A DNA stretch of 33,481 bases, taken from the NCBI GenBank assembly GCA_964485055.1, contig CAZAHZ010000002.1, positions 1-33,481 on the forward strand. Reading direction: 5' to 3'. The notes under the pieces were generated by a model that saw only the letters and a program-made list of their open reading frames with translations, had not been told where the DNA came from and made no database searches. Both the position numbers and the translations under genes were made by a program. This stretch comes from an uncultured Candidatus Cloacimonadota bacterium (lineage in GTDB: Bacteria > Cloacimonadota > Cloacimonadia > Cloacimonadales > TCS61). The number at the start of each line of letters is the position of its first letter. Positions within the stretch are counted from its first letter, which is position 1. Shown here piece by piece: positions 1 through 10,463 of the stretch.

Positions 1-2
1 GA

Positions 3-488
3 ATATCGGTATCATTTAGCCGGACTGACGGTTCAATTTGCTCCGGAATATTCAGGAAAACACGTCAAGAATATCTCGTTGATGGCATTTCCGAATTTCA
101 AAAAAGATTAACCCGCTATACCACAATAAAATTAATCGAATTACCGAATTATAAAATAAATCAATCCAGTCATATACAAACCAGGGAAAAAGAAGCAGCA
201 TTATTATTAAAAAACATCAAACCATCAGACTACCTCATTGCTTTGGATGAAGGAGGTAACTCCTTATCATCAAAAGAGTTTGCACAATATCTCGAAAGGA
301 ATATGCGAAATGATATCGTGTTTTGCATCGGTGGAGTTCATGGCTTATCGAAGCAGATTTTGGAAAGAGCCGATTATATATTGAGTTTTTCTCGTTTAAC
401 CTTTACACATCAAATGATCAGGTTATTACTTTTTGAGCAAATTTATCGTGCCTTTAATATTCTACAGGGTGGTCAATATCACAAATAG
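3..488 (+). CDS. rlmH: 23S rRNA (pseudouridine1915-N3)-methyltransferase RlmH (SPOUT family); the 5' end is unresolved at the window edge
   Basis: The frame-3 reading frame is open from nt 3. The C-terminal sequence IGGVHGLSKQILERADYILSFSRLTFTHQMIRLLLFEQIYRAFNILQGGQYHK matches the conserved RlmH C-terminus (IGG..GL....A....LS.S..TF.HQ..R..L.EQ.YRA......PYHK). Upstream, ...EFQKRLTRY..IKLIELP resembles the RlmH N-terminal region. There is no in-frame ATG, GTG or TTG before nt 243, so the true start probably lies upstream of the window. Confidence 0.8.
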   Translation: MSVSFSRTDGSICSGIFRKTRQEYLVDGISEFQKRLTRYTTIKLIELPNYKINQSSHIQTREKEAALLLKNIKPSDYLIALDEGGNSLSSKEFAQYLERNMRNDIVFCIGGVHGLSKQILERADYILSFSRLTFTHQMIRLLLFEQIYRAFNILQGGQYHK

Positions 489-493
489 CTTTA

Positions 494-509
494 TGTTTCA
501 CGTGAAACC
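494..509. promoter_or_regulatory. parS: parS centromere-like site (TGTTTCACGTGAAACC), a 15/16 match to the TGTTTCACGTGAAACA consensus
   Basis: The sequence was read directly between the rlmH stop and the stop of the convergent minus-strand gene. It is palindromic around CACGTG. parA and parB are encoded in the same window. Confidence 0.75.
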
Positions 510-1600
510 TATTGCAATTTATTGAGTTGCGTCATCCATTCCAGTGTTTTCTGATAGTTAATAGTAGCATTCCACAAAATAAATCCATCAGCTTTTGCTT
601 GTTTACAGGCAGCCACTTGGGCAGCTATATATTCCTTTTTATAATTAACCTGCCACGAATTTGCTTGAATATATGGTATCACTTTGCATCTTTTTCTAAT
701 TTTTTGCCTTGTCCGCTTAATACCTTGGAAAACCATATCGAAAGGCTCATTATGAACATTTTCCCGATAACCGAAATTATCGGCAAAATGTGATGAATAA
801 ATCATTGGGTGAATTGCATCCAGATATTTTGACATTCTGATAATATCCTGCCCTGTTTTTTCAATATCCATTGAATTTTGCCAGCAGACAATAGCAAATA
901 TATCAGCAGTTAGATAAATCTTTCTATCTTTATATCTATTTTTTACGTTTTTCAGAAAAGTCTCGATAATATCTGCTTTTGTTCTTTTTGTAAAAGTTGA
1001 ATCAGCAAAATATCTTCTATCATCGTTTCTCATGTAACTAAAAACCGCGGCAGAGATATCTCCCTGGGTCGGAAATCTTATATAATCAAATTGAATTTCA
1101 TCAATATCCTGCCTTAAAACCAAATCAATCAGTGCCAATAAATCTTTCTGTACTATCACATTTGATGGATCAAGCCATTGTGGTCCCTTTTCGTTTATTT
1201 CCACCCATCTATTTCCTAAACTATCCATGGGACAAAAAGCAGAATCTGCTTGTGCTGTCCGGCTATTGTGAAAGGCAACAATTCTGGCAATTGCAATCAT
1301 ATTGGCTTTATGTATTTTTTCAATCACGCTTTGTAGGTTGATCTTCAGATCTCCAGGAAGACTTATCAAAGTCGGACAGTTATCAACATTAATATACACT
1401 CTACCCTTCATATCTTTGATATCGAAAACGATTGCATTTATTTCAGCCTGTTTTGACTTGATCAATAAACTATCAAAATTCGAGCTTGCGACAATATCAG
1501 TTCTAAGGTATATCCCTTTTCTATAGATATCCGTTTCATTACTCCCTAAAAAAGCATAGAAAATAAACATTAAGATAAAATATAAGAACTTCAATTTCAT
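509..1600 (-). CDS. Secreted or membrane-anchored putative glycoside-hydrolase-like TIM-barrel protein (DUF4015 / GHL family)
   Basis: 363 aa with an N-terminal hydrophobic signal or anchor (MKLKFLYFILMFIFYAFLG). Motifs typical of the DUF4015 'putative glycosyl hydrolase' family are present: KGIYL, INAIVFDIKD..G.VY, IARIVAFHN and DIDEIQFDYIRFP. It lies 21 nt downstream of atpC on the same strand. Confidence 0.6.
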   Translation of the reverse strand: MKLKFLYFILMFIFYAFLGSNETDIYRKGIYLRTDIVASSNFDSLLIKSKQAEINAIVFDIKDMKGRVYINVDNCPTLISLPGDLKINLQSVIEKIHKANMIAIARIVAFHNSRTAQADSAFCPMDSLGNRWVEINEKGPQWLDPSNVIVQKDLLALIDLVLRQDIDEIQFDYIRFPTQGDISAAVFSYMRNDDRRYFADSTFTKRTKADIIETFLKNVKNRYKDRKIYLTADIFAIVCWQNSMDIEKTGQDIIRMSKYLDAIHPMIYSSHFADNFGYRENVHNEPFDMVFQGIKRTRQKIRKRCKVIPYIQANSWQVNYKKEYIAAQVAACKQAKADGFILWNATINYQKTLEWMTQLNKLQ

Positions 1601-1621
1601 AATAGTGATAAAAAAATAACT

Positions 1622-4278
<2,657 letters not shown>

Positions 4279-4287
4279 GTCGCGACC

Positions 4288-5787
4288 CTAAAACTTCAAC
4301 TTGATCTTTTCACAGATACTTTTCATTTTATTAAGTATCTCATCGGTCATCTTATCGGAAATCATTTCCTTTATAAATTCTTTGTGCTCAAGATCAAGAG
4401 TATTAAATAGTTCTTCTTCTAAAGTCTTAATTTTATCAAGCTCCACGTCATCAAGATAGCCTTGATTTGCCATAAATATAATGAAAACCTGTTTAGCAAT
4501 TTCGATCGGCTTATATTGACCTTGTTTAAGAATTTCTCTTAGTCTTTCACCCCTTTTCAATTGAGCCAGTGTGGATTTATCCAGATCACTGCCAAATTTT
4601 GCAAATGCCTGTAGTTCTGCGAATTGCGCCAAATCCAGTCTCAGTTGCTGTACAACAGCCCGCATTGCCTTAATCTGTGCACTTCCACCAACTCGAGAAA
4701 CAGACAAACCGGCATTGATAGCTGGTCTTTGCCCGGAATGGAATAATTTGCTGCTAAGGTAAATCTGTCCATCAGTTATAGAGATAACATTTGTAGGTAT
4801 ATAGGCAGAGATATCTTCAGCTTGAGTTTCAATGATCGGCAAAGCCGTCAGTGAACCGCTACCTTCTGCTTCACTAAGTTTTGAGGCTCTTTCCAGTAAT
4901 CTGGAATGAAGATAGAAAACGTCTCCAGGAAATGCTTCTCTTCCAGGAGGTCTGCGAAGAAGCAAAGAAATCTCTCTGTAAGCCACAGCATGTTTGGAGA
5001 GATCATCATATATGATCAGGGCGTGCTTGCCTCTATCTCTGAAATATTCGCCCATTGTGCAACCTGAATATGGTGCAATATAATTCATGGACGCCGGGTC
5101 AGAAGCAGAAGTGCTGATCACAATCGTATAGTCCATTGCTTTATTTTCCTGCAGCTTTTTCACAATCTTGGCAACAGAAGATTTCTTTTGACCAATAGCC
5201 ACATATATGCAGAATACATCACTATCCCGTTGATTAATGATAGTATCCACAGCGATCGCTGTTTTTCCGGTTTGTCTATCCCCGATAATCAACTCCCGCT
5301 GCCCTCGCCCAATAGGGATCATGGAATCGATTGCTTTTATCCCAGTCTGCAATGCTTCCTTCACGGGTTGTCTCTGTATCACACCTAAAGCTTTTCTTTC
5401 AATCGGCTGATATTCTTCGGCAGTGATAGCTCCCTTGCCATCCAAAGGTTCGCCCAGGGGATTTACTACACGCCCCAATAATGCTTTACCAACGGGTATC
5501 TGTAAAATTTTACCGGTTCTGCGAACAATATCACCTTCTTTAATTTCTTTTGTCTCGCCAAAAAGTATGCAACCTACACGAGACTCTTCCAGATTTAATG
5601 CCATTCCCATAATATTTGCGGGAAATTCCAGCATTTCACTTGCCATCACATTATTCAGCCCATGAACCTGAGCAATACCGTCACCTACCTGTATCACTTT
5701 CCCTGTTTCAGCTATATCAATTTCAAATTTGAAAGAACTAATTCTTTCTTTGATTATTGAGCTTATTTCGTCAGGTTGGATTTTCAT
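4288..5787 (-). CDS. atpA: F1 ATP synthase alpha subunit
   Basis: 499 aa. Walker A motif GDRQTGKT is present. Conserved alpha-subunit blocks include [46 protein letters not shown]. Confidence 0.95.
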   Translation of the reverse strand: MKIQPDEISSIIKERISSFKFEIDIAETGKVIQVGDGIAQVHGLNNVMASEMLEFPANIMGMALNLEESRVGCILFGETKEIKEGDIVRRTGKILQIPVGKALLGRVVNPLGEPLDGKGAITAEEYQPIERKALGVIQRQPVKEALQTGIKAIDSMIPIGRGQRELIIGDRQTGKTAIAVDTIINQRDSDVFCIYVAIGQKKSSVAKIVKKLQENKAMDYTIVISTSASDPASMNYIAPYSGCTMGEYFRDRGKHALIIYDDLSKHAVAYREISLLLRRPPGREAFPGDVFYLHSRLLERASKLSEAEGSGSLTALPIIETQAEDISAYIPTNVISITDGQIYLSSKLFHSGQRPAINAGLSVSRVGGSAQIKAMRAVVQQLRLDLAQFAELQAFAKFGSDLDKSTLAQLKRGERLREILKQGQYKPIEIAKQVFIIFMANQGYLDDVELDKIKTLEEELFNTLDLEHKEFIKEMISDKMTDEILNKMKSICEKIKLKF

Positions 5788-5794
5788 CTTAACC

Positions 5795-6343
5795 TCATTT
5801 GAACTTATTTTGTTGATTATAATTTACAAATTTCCGAAGATTATTCTTAAGCGAAGCATCCACGACCATGTTTCCCGTTTCTGCATAAAATCCACCCAGA
5901 ATATCTTCATTATATTCAATTTCAGCAATTACTTCTTTTTGAAGCACCTTTTCCAGGTATTTAATTATTCTATCAGTAATTTCTTGATCCAATTCTCTTG
6001 CCAGTTTCAGTTTGACACACACAACATTCTGTTTTTCGTAAATATGATTCTCTATTTCCCTTATAATATTCACAATTTGGAGAATTCTACCGTTTTGGAT
6101 TAGCAGAAAAAAGAGTTGTTTCCACATTTCTTTGAGATTCAGTTCTTCTGTGAGAGCATCTATGATAGTAGTTTTTTTGTTTTTTCTTACCAGTCTGGTC
6201 TGCAATATTTCTATTAACTGAGGCTGCTCAGTAAATATAGCCTCTAATAAAGCAATATCCTTCAAACAATCCTTATACGCTTCTTTATCAAGCACTTCAA
6301 CAACTGATCTGGCATATCTGTTAATGATAAATGAGTCTTTCAA
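5795..6343 (-). CDS. atpH: F1 ATP synthase delta (OSCP) subunit
   Basis: 182 aa. N-terminal RYARSVVEV and C-terminal [22 protein letters not shown] match the OSCP/delta pattern. The gene sits between atpF and atpA. Confidence 0.85.
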   Translation of the reverse strand: MKDSFIINRYARSVVEVLDKEAYKDCLKDIALLEAIFTEQPQLIEILQTRLVRKNKKTTIIDALTEELNLKEMWKQLFFLLIQNGRILQIVNIIREIENHIYEKQNVVCVKLKLARELDQEITDRIIKYLEKVLQKEVIAEIEYNEDILGGFYAETGNMVVDASLKNNLRKFVNYNQQNKFK

Positions 6344-6820
6344 CTAATCACCTTTTTTTATGATCGCTTCGATCAGTTCCTTATCCTGTTTACTATCCAC
6401 TTTTTTATTAAGTAATTTGGAAGCCAGCTCTGAAACTAATGAAGCAATTTCACCCTCTATTTCTTGTTGAGCAACTTCCTGCTTGTGCGTAATTTGCTCT
6501 TCAGTTTCTTTCATTATCTGTTTTTTTCTTTCTTTTGCTTCATCGAGTATTTCTTCTGCTTTAATTTCTGCCTCTTTTTTTGCTTTTTTAGTGAGCACTC
6601 TGATTTCTTCAGAAGATTTTTTCAATTCTTCGTTTCTTTGAGTTAATAATTCATCGGCAGCTTTATTCCTGTCTTGAGCCTGCGAAATCTCCTGCGAGAG
6701 CTTTGCCTGTCTTTCCGCCAGGAATTTTTTCATGGGTTTATAGAGCAGTTTATTGAGAATTATCAACAACAGGATAAAATTCAGAATAACGATTAACATT
6801 GAATAATCAATACTGATCAT
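6344..6820 (-). CDS. atpF: Fo ATP synthase b subunit
   Basis: 158 aa. It has a single N-terminal TM helix followed by a long, highly charged helix rich in Lys, Glu and Ala. Its position in the operon fits atpF. Confidence 0.85.
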   Translation of the reverse strand: MISIDYSMLIVILNFILLLIILNKLLYKPMKKFLAERQAKLSQEISQAQDRNKAADELLTQRNEELKKSSEEIRVLTKKAKKEAEIKAEEILDEAKERKKQIMKETEEQITHKQEVAQQEIEGEIASLVSELASKLLNKKVDSKQDKELIEAIIKKGD

Positions 6821-6861
6821 ACTTCCATCCTTAGTTGCATTTTATGAGCAGATATCACAAA

Positions 6862-7098
6862 TCAGGTTGAAAAAATTAAAAGCAAGGCAATAACCAGTGA
6901 ATAAATACCAGTAGATTCAGATACCGCCTGCCCAACCAGCATTGTTCTGGTGATCAGGCTGGCATGTTCGGGAGCTCTGGCAATACCTTCACAGGCTTTT
7001 CCAGCCACAAATCCTTCTCCAATACCAGGTCCGAGAGCTCCAATTCCCATTGCAATACCCGCACCTAAAAGAGCTGCCGCTCTTGCTAATTGATCCAT
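6862..7098 (-). CDS. atpE: Fo ATP synthase c subunit, single hairpin, with a Na+-type binding signature
   Basis: 78 aa. Helix 1 has the G-rich motif [18 protein letters not shown], the loop is RAPE, and helix 2 is [21 protein letters not shown]. An SD sequence (GGAGGAAACA) lies directly upstream of the ATG. Confidence 0.93.
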   Translation of the reverse strand: MDQLARAAALLGAGIAMGIGALGPGIGEGFVAGKACEGIARAPEHASLITRTMLVGQAVSESTGIYSLVIALLLIFST

Positions 7099-7123
7099 TG
7101 TTTCCTCCGTTTATTATTTTTGT

Positions 7124-7885
7124 TCATTTCACAGAAAATATTAATAAAAATGAGACTACCAAAGCATAAATCGCTGTAGATTGAGATACAGCAGCTCCCA
7201 GGAACATTGTCCGCATTATATGTGAGCGTTGGGCAGGATATTTCCCAACCATTCTGCAGGCTTTTCCTGCTACATTTCCTATACCTGCTCCAGGTCCTAT
7301 AGACCCTATGCCTATTGCCAGTCCAGCTCCCAAATATGCAATAGCCCTGACTAAAATACTTCCGGTAGTTAAATTTGGAATACTTGCCTGCAAAGGAGTA
7401 GAATAAAGCAGTAATAGACTGACAAGCAAAGCAAATATGCTTGAGGTTTGAGCCAATGCCTGACCAATCAGCATATATCCCAAAATTGCATTTGACTGCT
7501 TTGGCATTCTGCTGATAGCATGACAAGCCTGACCTCCTGCATAACCCGCCCCAGTTACAGGTCCCAGTGAGCCTATCCCTACGGCAATTCCCGCTGAAAA
7601 TAAGGCTGCAAATCTTAACCAACCACCTTCAACAACATTGAAGCCACCAAACATCAGCAGAAGTGCGATAACCAGCGAGAATATCCCTCCGGTTTCAGTG
7701 ACTGCCTGTCCGATAAACATTGATCGAAATAACTGATCATGAGAATCTGGTTGCCTCATTATCCCATGTGAAGCAACTCCGGCGATATAGCCAACTCCCA
7801 TTCCACAAGTGATGGAAGCTATTCCCACACTGATCCCTGCTCCCAGAAAAGCAGCTATTTGTATTGTATCCATTGTAAAATTCAT
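7124..7885 (-). CDS. Triplicated Fo c subunit (three fused hairpins, six predicted TM helices). Only hairpin 1 keeps the ion-binding Glu.
   Basis: This is a 253-aa continuous ORF. Each third aligns residue for residue to the 78-aa c subunit. The helix-1 motifs are LGAGISVGIAS, SAGIAVGIGSLGP and LGAGLAIGIGSIGPG. The loops are RQP, RMP and KYP. The helix-2 motifs are GQAVTETGGIF (E64, codon 7694-7696 GAA), GQALAQTSSIF (Q146, codon 7448-7450 CAA) and GAAVSQSTAIY (Q235, codon 7181-7183 CAA). The gene lies between atpB and atpE. A GGAG sequence sits 10 nt upstream of the ATG at 7885. Confidence 0.85.
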   Translation of the reverse strand: MNFTMDTIQIAAFLGAGISVGIASITCGMGVGYIAGVASHGIMRQPDSHDQLFRSMFIGQAVTETGGIFSLVIALLLMFGGFNVVEGGWLRFAALFSAGIAVGIGSLGPVTGAGYAGGQACHAISRMPKQSNAILGYMLIGQALAQTSSIFALLVSLLLLYSTPLQASIPNLTTGSILVRAIAYLGAGLAIGIGSIGPGAGIGNVAGKACRMVGKYPAQRSHIMRTMFLGAAVSQSTAIYALVVSFLLIFSVK

Positions 7886-7892
7886 ATTATTA

Positions 7893-9182
7893 TTACTCCG
7901 AAATCTCTACACCAATATATGTTAATGCCAGCATAGTAAATACAAATGCCTGCACGGTTCCTACAAATATCCCGAAAAACAGATTTAAACCCACTGGAAA
8001 GACAACGTAATTCACCAGGGATGAAACAACTACAATAATAATCGCACCTCCCAGAATGTTACCGAATAAACGGAATGATATTGATACCACTTTTGAAAAT
8101 TCGCTGACTATATCCAGGAGAGCCAGAGGATTTTTTATCGGATTCACATAATTTTCCAGATGTTTGAAGAAACCTTTCGTCCTGATGGCTGTAAAATGAA
8201 CTACTAATATGACAATTATTCCCATGCCGAATGGCACATTTATATTTCTGGTCGGCTCCATAAAACCTGGAAGCGGAATCAAACCTACCATATTACTTAC
8301 CCAGATAAAAAGAAATATTGTTACAATATAAGGTGTAAAATTAGCTCTCTCTTTTCCAAGAGTATCCGTGACAAATTCCTCAAAAGTATCGTAAATCATT
8401 TCTATGATTATCTGTCCTTTTGATGGTTTGGAGCTTAGACTCTTTTTGACTAGTATTATCAAAGCAAAGAAGATCAAATCAACAATTATCAAAATTCTAA
8501 TAAGATAAAACGCACTTAAAGCTGATGCTTCACCGAATAACTCCCGGAATAAATTAAATAATTTAAAACTGCCAAAAATCCTGGGGAGAAACTCTTGACG
8601 GTCCATCACTGAAGCTGGTATTATACCTTCAATTACTACTCTATTCAATCTGGCATTATCCAATATTGATGGATTTTCACGAGGATTAATGCGTTCTTGC
8701 AGCAGATATTCTTTTTCAGGCAAATCTTTGTCTATATATCCCTTAAAGGATGCTTCATAGAAGCTGTTATTACTGATCACATTCTTATTAAGCTCATTAA
8801 TTAGTTCACTTTGGTTTTCTTCAGTCCATTCCTGATCGGAGACTGCTAAATGATCCTGAAGTCGGGAATTTAATAATGAGAAACATTTTTGCATCACAGG
8901 ATTATTTCTAATCAGATAACCCTTAAATGTGCTGAAGTCCTGTATCTGAAAAAGATGGAACTTAGTACTTTTTAATAAAAACTCATCTCTTTGAAAATCT
9001 TCGGTTATTTTATCCTGAAGATCATAGTAATTTTTCACATTTCGAATTTGGAATCTTCCAGCTTCAAAGCCTATCTGCAGTTTTTTATTGAATCGGGAAC
9101 TTAGAATTACCAGGGCTAATTCTATAATAATAAATATCAGAAATACTAACTTCAGGTTACCCTGTTTCTTTGCCATTATCAC
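7893..9182 (-). CDS. atpB: Fo ATP synthase a subunit with an N-terminal extension of about 200 aa
   Basis: The C-terminal 220 aa or so form a canonical a subunit and include the essential Arg in VSISFRLFGNILGG. The N-terminal part has one TM helix (LKLVFLIFIIIELALVILS) followed by roughly 170 hydrophilic residues not found in typical 230-270 aa a subunits. Confidence 0.88.
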   Translation of the reverse strand: MIMAKKQGNLKLVFLIFIIIELALVILSSRFNKKLQIGFEAGRFQIRNVKNYYDLQDKITEDFQRDEFLLKSTKFHLFQIQDFSTFKGYLIRNNPVMQKCFSLLNSRLQDHLAVSDQEWTEENQSELINELNKNVISNNSFYEASFKGYIDKDLPEKEYLLQERINPRENPSILDNARLNRVVIEGIIPASVMDRQEFLPRIFGSFKLFNLFRELFGEASALSAFYLIRILIIVDLIFFALIILVKKSLSSKPSKGQIIIEMIYDTFEEFVTDTLGKERANFTPYIVTIFLFIWVSNMVGLIPLPGFMEPTRNINVPFGMGIIVILVVHFTAIRTKGFFKHLENYVNPIKNPLALLDIVSEFSKVVSISFRLFGNILGGAIIIVVVSSLVNYVVFPVGLNLFFGIFVGTVQAFVFTMLALTYIGVEISE

Positions 9183-9187
9183 TCCTG

Positions 9188-9553
9188 CTATTTACTGCTA
9201 CCGGGAAACCTGACGAAATATGAAATAAAAATCCATATTTGCCCGGACAGCAATCCCCCGCCGAAAATCAGGATATTCAGGCTCAAATACTTTACTGCTA
9301 ACACTGACACGATTATAAGGATCAAATAACGAATATTAAAATCCTTATAAGCTGTCAATCTTGCTTTCTTCTCACCTAAAACAAGACTCTTTTCAAGTTT
9401 CAGCGACATCAACCAGATATTGACAAGACTCAGAGTAGCTCCACAAATCCAGCTCAAGCTTTCCCTTGTCAACCAAGGCAAAAACAAAAGAGCAATTACA
9501 TTTGTCAAGCAAATTATACTCATTAATTTAATGACTAATTGTATATTTTTCAC
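9188..9553 (-). CDS. atpI: ATP synthase protein I (AtpI)-like small membrane protein
   Basis: 121 aa with about four hydrophobic segments. It lies immediately upstream of atpB, separated by 5 nt. The assignment rests on position and topology only. Confidence 0.5.
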   Translation of the reverse strand: MKNIQLVIKLMSIICLTNVIALLFLPWLTRESLSWICGATLSLVNIWLMSLKLEKSLVLGEKKARLTAYKDFNIRYLILIIVSVLAVKYLSLNILIFGGGLLSGQIWIFISYFVRFPGSSK

Positions 9554-9557
9554 TTAC

Positions 9558-9824
9558 TTAATCACTTGTTTTCATTATCTTTTTCAGCAGTTTATAACTT
9601 CCCATCATTCCAGTTGAAATACCCAGTATGATACCAGCAATCAGCCATACCTGACTAATGTTAAGTATTACTATCAGATAGCGTGCCAGAAAAAACCAGA
9701 TTACTATGCTTGATATCATCACTAAGCCCAGTTGCCCTATCAAAGCGAGAGATTGTAAAAAACCAGTATTTTTACTGCGGATTTTACTGAGCAATTGCTC
9801 CTTAACAGCATCTTTCTTTTTCAT
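9558..9824 (-). CDS. AtpZ-like small two-TM protein (the 'F0F1-ATPase subunit, Ca2+/Mg2+ transporter' family)
   Basis: 88 aa counted from the ATG at 9824; the ORF track begins 2 codons earlier at a TTG. It has two TM helices (GQLGLVMISSIVIWFFLARYL and WLIAGIILGISTGMMGSYKLL), which is typical of AtpZ proteins at the head of atp operons. Confidence 0.5.
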   Translation of the reverse strand: MKKKDAVKEQLLSKIRSKNTGFLQSLALIGQLGLVMISSIVIWFFLARYLIVILNISQVWLIAGIILGISTGMMGSYKLLKKIMKTSD

Positions 9825-9830
9825 TGGCAA

Positions 9831-10463
9831 TTATTTTATAAAGTCACCTGGATCAATGAATTTACCGTCTTTCTGTATTGAATAATGCAAATGAGGACCT
9901 GAACTGAATCCCGTGGAACCAACACTGCCGAGTATTTCCCTTTTTTCTACAAATTCACCTTTCTTTTTTGAAACTTCCTGTAAATGACCATAATATGTAT
10001 AATATCCGTTGAAGTGCTCCAGAATTATCAAATTTCCAAAATATTCATCATAGCTGGATATTTCCACTTTCCCGGCAGCAGTTGCCACAATTTCAGTTCC
10101 ACTGGGCGCCACAAGATCAACACCAGGATGTTTTTCGCTATATTTTTGACTGACCACAACCGTATTATTTATTGGCATAATATCCGGTATAAATCTGTTA
10201 TTTTCAGTATTATCCTGTTCTGCTGTTAAATAATCCTTCTGTTTCTTGATATAGTTTTCCAGAATTTTTTCCATATCCTTGCTTTTCTGGTTTTTCACAT
10301 TTTTCCCATTTGCCTGTTTTTTAGTTGTGTTCTCCATAAATTCTGTTGTCTGCCTGGAAAGAATCCTCTCTAGTTTCTGCCTGATCTGGATATAATCAAT
10401 GATAAAGATAATTCCAGTTAGCAATACTATTATTAATAAATAACAGCAGATTTTATTTCTCAT
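9831..10463 (-). CDS. Membrane-anchored M23 family metallopeptidase
   Basis: N-terminal TM anchor. M23 motifs HPGVDLVAPSGTEIVATAAGKV and GSTGFSSGPHLHYSIQKDGKFIDP (HxxxD and HxH) are present. Confidence 0.85.
   Translation of the reverse strand: MRNKICCYLLIIVLLTGIIFIIDYIQIRQKLERILSRQTTEFMENTTKKQANGKNVKNQKSKDMEKILENYIKKQKDYLTAEQDNTENNRFIPDIMPINNTVVVSQKYSEKHPGVDLVAPSGTEIVATAAGKVEISSYDEYFGNLIILEHFNGYYTYYGHLQEVSKKKGEFVEKREILGSVGSTGFSSGPHLHYSIQKDGKFIDPGDFIK

Noticed and set aside
1-242. A possible frameshift or pseudogene in the 5' part of rlmH, since there is no canonical start codon before nt 243
   Set aside because: Frame 3 is open from the first complete codon, and the translated upstream part (…EFQKRLTRYTTIKLIELP…) is RlmH-like. 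The simplest explanation is that the start codon lies just upstream of the window. This cannot be tested with the given sequence.
7086-7622. A 178-aa minus-strand ORF overlapping both c-subunit genes in another frame
   Set aside because: It lies entirely within and across the well-supported c-subunit genes (7124-7885 and 6862-7098). Its translation is Cys/Arg/Ser-rich with no recognisable motif. The Gly/Ala-rich codon repeats of c subunits often leave alternative frames open. I treat it as spurious.
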